Origin: Camelus dromedarius
Taxonomy: Eukaryota
Length of the DNA stretch: 64,000 bases
Assembly (NCBI RefSeq): GCF_036321535.1
Contig: NC_087437.1
Coordinates: 32,800,001 to 32,864,000, forward strand
Direction of reading: 5' to 3'
Both the position numbers and the translations under genes were made by a program. Within the stretch, counting starts at the first letter, position 1; every line of letters begins with the position of its first letter. The notes beneath the pieces were generated by a model. That model was not told where the DNA came from. It made no database searches and saw only the letters and a list, made by a program, of their open reading frames with translations. This document shows positions 14,236 through 24,384 of this stretch, in pieces.

Positions 14236-14378
14236 GCTTCCTTGCTTCCCTCTCCCACTCTTAATGATTTAGATGTCTTCTTTTACAATTTTGTGTTTAT
14301 TCTATTTGTAATTCATGGTAGCTATCACCTTTTGAGTTATAAGTTTCTCATTTTTGTAGCATCCTGCTTCTTTTCTAT

Positions 14379-15282
14379 TTAGAGTAGACCTGTCAATATT
14401 TCTTTTGGCTTGGGTTTAGTGTAGCTAAACTCTTTTAGTTTTTGCTTGTCTGTGAAGTTCTTTATCTCTCCTTGTATTCTAAAGGATAGCCTTGCTTCAT
14501 AGCGTATCCCAGATTGCATCTTTTTTTCATTCAGGACTTTGAATATATCTTGCCACTCCCTTCTGGCCTGTAGTGTTTGTGTAGAGAAATCAGCTGAGAG
14601 CCTTATGGGGGTTCCCTTGTAACTCACTCTCTGTTTTTCTCTTGCTGCCTTTAGGATCATTTCTTTATCCTTGACTCTGGCCATCTTGATTATGATATGT
14701 CTTGGTGTGGGTCTGTTTGGGTTCTTCCTGTTTGGGACCCTCTGAGCCCCCTGCACTTGGATATCTTGATTCTTTCTTTAGGTTTGGGAAGTTTTCAGTC
14801 ATGATTTCTTCAAAGACCTTTTCAGTCCTCTTTGTTCTTCCTTCCCCTTCTGGAACTCCTATTATGCGTAGATTGGCATGCTTTATATTATCCCATAGGT
14901 CCCTTATATTGTTTTCATTGTTTTTTATTTGTTTTTCTCTCAGCTGTTCTGATTGGGTGCTTTCTGTTGTCTTGTCTTCTAGGTCACTTATTCGTTCCTC
15001 TGCATTATCTAGTCTGCTTTGCATAGCCTTTAGGTCAGCTCTCATCTCAGCAAATGAGTTTACTAATTCTACTTGATTCTTCTTTCTAGCTTGTATTTCG
15101 TTTTTGACATATTTTATATCTCTAAACACTATTTCTTTTAGTTCCTTCACTAGTTCAATCACTCCTTTTTTGAAATCTTGATCTAGTAGGCCATCAATGT
15201 CTATTTCCTTGATCGTGCTTTCAGGGGATTTCTCTTGATCTTTTAATTGGGAGTGGTTCCTCTGCTTCTTCATATTGCTCAT
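14379..15282 (-). pseudogene. LINE-1 ORF1p (about 300 aa) with a single +1 frameshift near 14767
   Basis: ORF 14665-15282 (coiled coil, LWDNIKHANLRIIGVPEGE, ENFPNL) continues into ORF 14379-14756 (PRHIIIK, ILKAAREK, IRLSADFS, ARREW) if one A is removed from GAATCAAGATATC. Confidence 0.92.
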
Positions 15283-16633
15283 ATCTCTCTGGCACTGTGG
15301 CCGGTGGGTGGGCGGGTCACTCCCCCTCCTGATGGGCAGTCAGATGCTGTGCTTGGGTGAGGCAGGTGAGTGGATCGTGCCCCCTCCCAGCACTGCTGTC
15401 AGGTGCTGCGTTTCTGCCAGGAAGGCGGGTGGCCACCTGCCCTCTCCTGGCGCTGGTTGCTCCACTGCTCTGTGCAACTTCCTGCTCCACCTTGGGTCGG
15501 CGCTCCATAGGCAGGCTCGGGGAAGACCGCGGAACAGCCTGCCCCTGCTATGTGCCAAATCTCAGCTCCTTGTTCATCTTGGCTGCATTAGTTCTCTGAG
15601 GTGCCAGGGCAGAAAGATCCTATCTACCTCGGGCTGTAAACAAGTCTCAGTCCTGCCTGGGTTGTTGCAGAGCCCCTGGGTGCAGATTCAGGTCTTGGCC
15701 CCACCCCTGCCTGGGCGCTGCACACAGGAGGAAATGGTGGCTGTGGCTGCACCCCACCTCTCTTCTCGTGAGAAGCACCAGTAATGGCACCGTAGGTCTG
15801 AGGAGACAAAGACTATGGTGCCCCACCCCCCAGGGCACACCAGCCTTGTTGCTTTGCTTTTTTCGCAATTTATGGGGGACCGAGGTTGTTCTGCTCCGTA
15901 TCACCTCCCAGCCACAGAGCGCAGCACCCTGCTGGCCCCCAGGGCTGCCACAGTGCAGCCGCCCCCGTCCTCCACCCGGCTTGGGCAGCCTGTCCCAGCC
16001 CCAGCTGCCAGCTTGCGTCTCAGGCTGGGTGTCGCGGGGACCCTTTATGTCCGTTTAGCTTAGTTCTGTCGGTCAAGGGGTGCTCAGGGCAGATCTGAGC
16101 CTCAGAGGCTCCCCCTTCGTCCCATTGGCCTCTCCATTGGAGAGGGGGAGACCCAGCGAATAAGCGCCATTCCTCCTTTGCTGCTCCCTCCCCGTGGGAC
16201 TGGTCCCACACTGTTTTGTTTTTTTTCTTTCTTTTTTCCTTTTCTCCTACCAGATTTTTGGTGTCTTTGTCTTTTGAAGAGGGCGATGTTCTGTTGGAGT
16301 TCAGCAGGTGCTCTGGTTGGCTGAATGGGTCTGTAGATGTGAGTTTTGGTGTATTTGTGGGAGAGGGTGAGCTACAAGCATCCTTCTACTCCTCCATCTT
16401 GCTTCTCTCTCCCCCACTGCTGCTGTTTTAATATGGCTCTTTAGGGTGCTCTGTTCTGTTTCTGTTCTGTTCCTTGATTGTCAGCCAAGTATTTAGGTTG
16501 AGCTAGAGCTCACTTTGTCTGCTTTTCTTATGTGGATAATTCCCTAATTTTTCAGCTATTCTACCAAGTTTATACTATACTTAGATACTTCAACTACATT
16601 CTGCTTCAGTTTTCTGCCACCAGAGATGTTCCG

Positions 16634-17015
16634 TGTCTTAATTGGTTCTGGCTGCTATGACAAAATACCACAGACTGAGGGACTTAAACAACAAATATTT
16701 ATTTCTCAGAGTTTTGGAGACTGGGAAGTATGAGATCAAAGTGACAGCATGGTCGATGTCTGGTGGGTGAGGACCCTCTTCTTGGACCCTTGCAGATGGC
16801 TGCCTTCTTCCTGTATGCTCACATGGTCAAGAGAGGGATGGTTTTGGTCTCTTTCTCACCTTATAAAGGCAGTAATTCTGTCATGGAGGATCTATCCTCA
16901 TGACCTCTTCTAAACCTAATTAACCTTCCAAAGACCCAACCTCCAGTTACAATCATATTGGAGAATAGGGCTTCAATATATGAGTTTTGAGGAGGGCTAT
17001 ACTCAGTCCATAGCA
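16634..17015 (-). mobile_element. ERVL-MaLR solo LTR, MLT1A/B-like
   Basis: ggctgctatgacaaaataccacagactg...ttaaacaacaaatatttatttctca...; ends cagtccatagca, the reverse complement of the TGCTATGGACTG MLT1 start. Confidence 0.85.
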
Positions 17016-17807
17016 CAAATGTAGGGGGAATGCATTCAATTACAGAAAGTATCAAATATATTTGTCTCTAGTCTCTGTGTAATGTTTTGCTAGATTCCCT
17101 GAAAATTTCCCTAAGTATGTATAGTTTAGCTGTCAGCCAAGGATTTGGCAACATTTTTTTTCAGAGCATTCTTTGGTTCTCTTTATGCCAGCATTTCCCC
17201 CCTTTAAATTTTTTGTGCTCTTTCAGCCCTGAACTCTGATTCTGGCACCTTGCACTAACAAGGTGGTGGTTTTCTGCCATTGAGTTTCTGTAGCCGCAGC
17301 TGTGATGGACAGGACTGTCCTTACAACCAGAAAACCACAAAGTGGTGGTTCTTTTCATTTTCAAGTGAAACTTTTTAGGTTAAACTATCCTTGATGCCTT
17401 TTTGGATGTTGTCCAGTGTCTTTGAATAGATTTTATATTATATTGTTCAGTTTTTACAATTTTTTTCTGTTGAAAGTTTTGATTCACCATTCATTTCTTC
17501 ACTATTATTAGAAGTACCCTTAAATTTAATCTTAAAATTGCATTATAATAAAACCTTTAAAGTAAAGATACTGCAATTTGAGAGAATTTTTATACTAAAG
17601 TGTTAATTTCTGTATTTATTGCTGATAATTTTTAAATGTATGGAATTCTTCAAAGAAAATTTTATTAATCACAGTAGATTTTCCCTTTTTTAAAAATTAA
17701 ACATTTACTCTCTGAACTGTCCATCTTTTATTCAGAGTAATGAGTCAGTAGTTTTGGAAATGATGGGATCAAATTTTGGTTGAAAATTATTTTACTTTTC
17801 CATCCCC

Positions 17808-17919
17808 AAGAGATGAGGATGGAGGGCTCTGGTCTCTTTCTCACCTTGTGAGGGCAATAATTCAATCATAGAGCATCTACCCACATGGCCTCATCTAATC
17901 ATAATCACCTCCCAAAGAT
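17808..17919 (-). mobile_element. Short MLT1 fragment
   Basis: Similar to 16829-16935 (atggcctcatctaatcataatcacctcccaaaga). Confidence 0.65.
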
Positions 17920-20900
17920 AATTGACATTTATTTGCTAAATGTTTCAGTAGTTTTTATGTATAGATTTCTGTGCTGATGTGAGTGTATATAAATTTAGAA
18001 CAATTATAGTAAAAGTTTTGCTATCTGGGATATTGGGGAATTAATTTTTTGGTTAGTCTTTTTTTGTTTGTTTGTTTTGATTGCAGAGATTTCACTCTTT
18101 CAAAGTAGAAGTTTTTTTCCATCAGTGTTTTTCCTGAATATGAAAGTAATATATGTTCATTATAAAATAATATCAGAATTATTGAGCAGAGGAGAAAAAG
18201 GCAATAAAAGTTACCATAATACCTCTCACAGAATACACTTGTTTACATTTTAGTAATGTCATGGGTTTTTTCTCAGTGTTTGTGTTTTTATAAAATTGAC
18301 CTTGTACTATATATATTTTTAATGTATTTTTTTAAAGAATATGTTATGAACATCTTTCTAAAATGATACTTTTAACGATTATAGAACGTATCACTTCATC
18401 AAATGAACAGGCAGTATTTCCCTTTACTCTAGTCCTCAGTGTTTGGTCTTTAGCAGAGTCTTTACCTCTGACTTAACCGGGATCCCATTATTTCAGCAAC
18501 ATCATGGTATAAAACTTTGTACAAAATTATTTTATATTTCTGTTTATTTCCTTAAGATTTCTAGGAGTAGATTGATAGGGCTAAGAGTACATGTTCCTAA
18601 ATGATATTTAGAAAATTATTTTGTCAGTTTATCTTATTATAATTGTGATAAATAATAAGTTAATATTAGTTTATCATTCACGATAAGCGAGAATCATCTT
18701 GAATGAAGATTTATAGTATCCTCAAAATTTGAAGCATTTTAAATATCTCATTTCTACATACTGTTTCCTCTCTATATTATTCATTTGTTAATGAAGTTTA
18801 TTCCCCCCAACTACATGTTTTTGAATATTTTCAGTAAAGAGATTTCCTGTTTTACTTACTTTTGAGGAGTTACCTTTGTGAAGTACCTCATTTATTTCTT
18901 TTGATACTTTGAAGATGTCAGAACAAGAATAACAAAATAAGAACACATTTCTTGACTCTTAAGGCAATTTATGAAGAACTTTTAACTAAAGGAATTAAAA
19001 GGGAATTATTTTGGAATGTCAGTTCATTGCCAGTTATTCAGAAATTCAAATAGATACTTTTGCCAACATAAAAAAATTGTATGGTAACTATAATTTGAGT
19101 GTTTTATCCATTTTTATTCATTTGAGATAGGTAAAATAAAGTGTACATGTGTTAGAAACATGTTTTCTGGAATAGATGTTCCTTATTAGAGATTAGATTG
19201 TAGGAGTCTGGCTATCATATTTCAAAAAGCAAAGGTTCTCTTTGCAAATAGCTATTACTTTAATTTAAAAAACTTTATGTAAACAGAGGGTTTTATTGTT
19301 AGGTGTCTGTGTAAAGAGTCACTGCATACATAATTCAGGATACCAGGTTGCTTGTGTGAACCTGTGTTTGACTCTCTGTAAGACTTTTGTGCTAGACTTG
19401 TGGTGTTCCTCACTCTTCATCATCATTCCAGTGGTTGATGTGTAGGAGATGCCTCATACTCCTCTGCTGTCTTTGCTGCTGTGTTTGCTTAGAGCTAACC
19501 CCAGGGATCTAATGAAGGAAGGAACTGCATCAGGGTGGCTTGAAGCTGAAAGATCAAACATTTCTACCTCCTGAGTTAACTATGATCCTGGAACCCAGCA
19601 AAAGGATAGGGTAACCCAATGATAGGGTGACCCTAGTGTCCTCACTCTGTATGGAGACTGAGTTATAATGGTAGGCTGTAAGAAGAGTTGAGTTCTGCAG
19701 ATAGCCTCATGTTTGCAGAGTTCTTTAGGAATTTCTAGTGTTGTCACCAGTTGGTTTTAAATTACACATTGTAATCATGCATTTCAGTCATGAATTTATA
19801 CAGTACTTACTATTGACTTGGTGTATTTAATGTCTTGTTACCAAGGTTTTAAAACTTGGAATAATAAAATTTGCTCAATATTATAGTCACTTTAAATACC
19901 ATGTAAGTGTTTTCTTTATATGGTGGATTCAACACAAGCCATTTATGGCTTAAATGTACTAGTTTTCTTATATAGCTTAAATTTTATTAAGGACTTGCAA
20001 ATTACATAGATTCATGATTTTTTTTATAATGACAAATTTTAGTTTAGATACTATTTTAAAACTTAAGTATTAATGACCAAGTCTATCTGATAATGTAATA
20101 CTTTCTGAATTACTTTCCCATCGATTTTTTATTTTTTCTTACTTATTTTAAGATTAGGAATAGTTTTCTCCTTTTTGAGGTGAAGTAACTGGTTTGACCA
20201 GAGCTTGGAAGAACTGATGAACTTATGTTGCTGCAGAAATGTGCCTAGTTAGACCTCTCCCTTGGTATAAAAGGATTATCCTCATGTGTTGTATGAATTC
20301 ATGAAGTCATCTGAATTTTAAAATTTAAGTGTATAGTCTTTGCAGTCATGAACATGAATGTTCTAACTTCTTAAAGCCTTTAGATACAATATAAATGAAT
20401 TTTTTTAAGTAATAATTTTAGGACTTTAAACATTTATAAATATGTGAGTTTTAAAAATTCAACTTTACCCTGGATAATTAGGGATTATAAAAGGATTAAA
20501 AGTCTTGGCTAGAGATTGTGATTCACAGAGAAATAAATAGCAGTAATATTTTCTGAGTTGAGGGGGTGGGTGGGGAAGGATTAATTGTTGCTCTTGCTAA
20601 ATAGACCTGAATAATAAGTTGTAATTCGTATACAGATGGTTCTTAATAAATTTACACTTTGACATTGAATAAAGTTGATAGATATAAGGTAACATAAGCA
20701 GCCAGGGAAGAGATTTTAATGTCCTTTTACTTTCATAGACTATAGTTTGAAGATGACCTACTTGTCTGTTAGTACTAGGTACACTTAAGTCCTTGTACTT
20801 ACTATTTTCCTTTAATTGAAAGCAGAATATATTTTTCATGCAGTTTCCATATTTTAGCAAAAACATACAGGTACTTTTACTACATTTGGTTGTAAATAAG

Positions 20901-21039
20901 TTAAACTGTGAAATAGTAAAAAATTTCATAATGCCTTTTGATAAATACATTCTAAGGATACACTTACCTAAAACTGATTTTCATTGAACTAGGAATGATC
21001 TGGAGAGTTTGCTTTTGTTTTTGTTTTTAATTATCCTTT

Positions 21040-21700
21040 TTAGGCACGCATGTAACTATAAGTAAAATAGGAGGAAATGTGAAATTTTAAGCACCTGCAT
21101 TTCATCCGAAATATAGGTGAGCAATCTAAGTAATATGAGTAACCAGGAGATAGGAAGAAGATTGGTCAATATTAGTCTTTTGTGTAGAATAGCGTTATAT
21201 TTGCCTAGAGTCATTTTAATGGAGAATTTTTGTTTAGTGTGCATTGATAATTTAGAAAATGAAACTGGTTTTGCACTTTTCTCATATGCCATTTTTTTTT
21301 AGCGGATTAAGGGCCTAAAGGAATAGAGGAAGTGAATGGACACTGATGTTTCAAAATATCTCATTTTGCCTAACATAAAGGGATTTCTTTCTTAAGCCCC
21401 GTGGATTTTTCCCTGCACAACTTTTTGTGTGAGTTAGAAATGAAAACCATTCATCTAGTGCCCCAAAGAACGGCCTTATTGAATGGAATAACAGTGTAAT
21501 GTACCATTGAAGGCAGGATTGAAAGTGATTATCTTGTTAACTCTTGACAGTTACCGCCAGCTTGAAATGGAACCAGCAGGCTTGATTTGCAAATGAATTA
21601 GAGCTTTTTCATTTTGTGCCAGGATCATCTTTTTATATTCTGATATGACAGATGCCATGTTCCAGGCTTTTGTTTTTCTTCAGTTTTATACTTGCAAATA
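21040..21700. promoter_or_regulatory. Candidate deeply conserved non-coding element
   Basis: Repeat-free, retains CpGs in an AT-rich context, and has homeodomain/POU-like motifs (TTGATTTGCAAATGAATTA, GGATTAA, TGACAG). Confidence 0.5.
21044..21116 (+). other. Candidate 73-nt poison (NMD) cassette exon of RSRC1
   Basis: T-rich tract ttttgtttttgtttttaattatcctttttAG, donor TAG|GTGAGC, and in-frame TAA at 21063-65 given the phase-2 upstream intron. Confidence 0.4.
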
Positions 21701-22609
21701 AAAAACAAAAGATTATGATAGTCATTTTATTTGCATCTTTTCTCTTGGAGTTTATTCTTTGTGTAGAAGTTTTTAATCTTATATTTTTCAAAAATTTGTT
21801 TGACTACTATTGTTTTTATCAGAATTAAATTTGATTAATATAAGTATGGTACTAATTGAGTGAAAGAGGAGCATTTATTGGCTTTTAAGGATTAGAAAAT
21901 TACTTGCAAACAGAATATTGTGGTTAGTAAAAACAGAAACTTTTGGCTAAATTTAATAGAATTAGCTTTTTTTCTTGATAATTATTTTGATATAACTTCA
22001 AACTTGTAGAGAAGTTTCAAGAATAGTACAAGAAACTCCCAATTACCTTTTATCCAGATGCACCAATTGTTTACTGTTTGCCCCTATTTGTTTTATCAGC
22101 TTTTCTTCTCTCCTTCTGCTTTCCCCCTCTCTCCACACACATATTTATAAATGTATATTTTTCTGAACCAAAGGAGAGTATATTGGAAACACTTTCCCCC
22201 ATATTTTAGTGCACACATTCTAAGAACAAAGACATTCTCTTACATAACCATGAGTACTAGCTTTTGAGAACTCAGAGTTAAAAAAAAAATAAGTACACAT
22301 TTTTGTGTTTTTTTACCCTGTTATATTAGTAAGAAGGCACTGTGAGGTTTTTTTTTTTTAAATCCACAAAGTTGTAATGCTTCTGTTTATATTCTTTAAT
22401 CATCTTAAATAAATATGGTAACTTTAGTGCATTTTTTATATATAATTTATTAACCTGGAGCCTTGTTTTACTTGTTCACATAGTTTTTATTATTAGACAG
22501 TTCATATACTTAAAACTTGCATGTTTCATTTAGTATAAATGTAGTACTAGTTAACGTAAACCACCCCCATCTAGGTTTCACTCATTTTCCATCCAAAAAG
22601 GTCTTCATC

Positions 22610-22612
<3 letters not shown>

Positions 22613-22678
<66 letters not shown>
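22613..22678. repeat. (AC)33 perfect dinucleotide microsatellite
   Basis: Directly visible. Confidence 0.98.
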
Positions 22679-22682
<4 letters not shown>

Positions 22683-23281
22683 TCTTGTGGAGTTTTAAGT
22701 TAAATATCTTTAAATTACTACTTAATAGCTTCAAAATTTAAAGTTCGGTAAGTCTATTTTCAATTTTCTTTACAGTTACATTTTGTCCTGCTGTACAAAT
22801 CTTTTAATAAAGGATGGAACTTAAGAATAAATTATTCCGCATTTTATACTATTGGCTTTCCAACATTGGCACTAAGGCCTATTACATAAAGTGGGAACTC
22901 CAGGTGTTCATAACATATGTCATATTGATATGATCTGTTGAGAACCTTTATAAAAATGCCAGTGTTTTAAGGATATGATTAATTTGTATTAAGTATCACC
23001 AAACTAAACAAGCATTATCCAACGCCTACTGTCTTTGAGTTAAAAGATAATAGTCTTGAAGGGAAACTGGAATCATTTGAGAAGAAAGCAGGGCCATTTC
23101 TTAATATTCCATCTTTTCATTGTATCTTATCCCAAATTCCATCCTCTCTTCCCCACCAACCTCAGTCTCTCCCTGTCTCTCTCTCTTTTACACTCTTTTA
23201 CATGGTAGTTGGGCTGGTCCATGTATGCTTGGTGTATTATATACTTTTATGATATGTTTAAATTTGACCTCCCTTCATATA

Positions 23282-23419
23282 TAAGGTGACCATTTAATAT
23301 GTTGTCCTGACTTTGATGCTTTAAAAATGAAGGGAGGTGCTGTTAATAGTTCTGCCAGAGTGTCATAAATAAACCAGAACTTTCCCAGGCAGAAAGAGGA
23401 TATATGGTTGGTCACTTTA
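23282..23419. mobile_element. hAT-Blackjack MITE, MER94/MER81-like
   Basis: Terminal inverted repeats TAAGGTGACCA (23282-92) / TGGTCACTTTA (23409-19) with one mismatch. Confidence 0.6.
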
Positions 23420-24384
23420 TTTCCATATCACCTTGTGAAAAGTATATTGTTGTTGATTTCACAGTGATAACATGATGCGGATTTAATTGTTAGAAATTTT
23501 AACATAGGCATAGTTGTGAACCAATGAAGTAACTTAAAATTCGAAACATTTAGAATGCTTTTCCAGTGTTACCCAGTTTGAATCCTTAAACTTTTTTATG
23601 CTCTTTGCATCTTTTAAGAATTCTGTATGCTTACTCTACAGTAGACAAATATCCCTATAATGCATGAGATTTAAATACTCTCTCTTAATGTTTTGAGTTA
23701 TGAATTTGGAGGATAGCTTAATTGCTGAGAATGTTTTTGTAATTCATGTAGTCCTGCTTTATAAAAATTCAATGCCTATACATTATTCAGCGTTACGCTA
23801 AATTATCTTTAACTACTGAAGAAAAAGCCATTTTTCTCCAGAATGTACCGGATTATGCTGAGGTTAGTTTTTAGATGGAATAATTAACATTTATCTTTTA
23901 TCATGTTACTCCTCCTTTGTGAAACTCATTTTATAGTGTTGAATTGTTGCCATGGTAGACAAAATTTCTATCTTTTAGTGTGATCTTACAGTTATTTCTT
24001 TTGCTTTTATTTTATTTATTTATTTTTTTTGGTAATCTTTAGTTTGTTCAACCAATTTTTTTTATGTAAAATTAAGAAAATTCTTACCGTTTTTGATATG
24101 TAAGGTAGAATAAAATCAGGAGGGAGAAGTTGACTAAGTTTTCAACTTTAAATTTAGCTCTCTGTATTTTGTTGCATTTTCCTTTTGTAATTATTATCTG
24201 TCATTTGCAATTTGGGTTCTGAGATACTGTCAATATTGTTAATAATTGTCACAAAATGATCAAAATAGTAAGAAAACAGCAAATCTCTATTCACCTTTGT
24301 CTACCTACCTCTAAGTTTTCCAAAGTCTAATAACCTCATATGGATTGATAGCTTGAATACAGGTGGAATTTAAGTGATTTAGAT

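Larger units (their letters stand above)
13535..16412 (-). mobile_element. TSD-flanked, 5'-complete LINE-1 lacking nearly all of ORF2 (half-L1-like, about 2.9 kb)
   Basis: GC-rich 5'UTR 16412-15283 starting GGAGAGAGAAGCAAGATGGAGG, ORF1 15282-14379, spacer, ORF2 tail 14235-13868, 3'UTR and ATTAAA/A-tail. TSD CCCATTGCTGCTTTTTT (13518-34) / CCCACTGCTGCTGTTTT (16413-29) followed by AA, the L1 endonuclease TTTT/AA site. Confidence 0.92.

Noticed and set aside
15275..16431. Cluster of overlapping 60-170 aa ORFs on both strands
   Set aside because: A by-product of the GC-rich, stop-poor L1 5'UTR; no recognisable protein.
20597..20950. 117-aa minus-strand ORF
   Set aside because: AT-rich composition with no recognisable domain; expected by chance.
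22517..22741. ORF with a (TH)n repeat
   Set aside because: Translation of the (AC)33 microsatellite.
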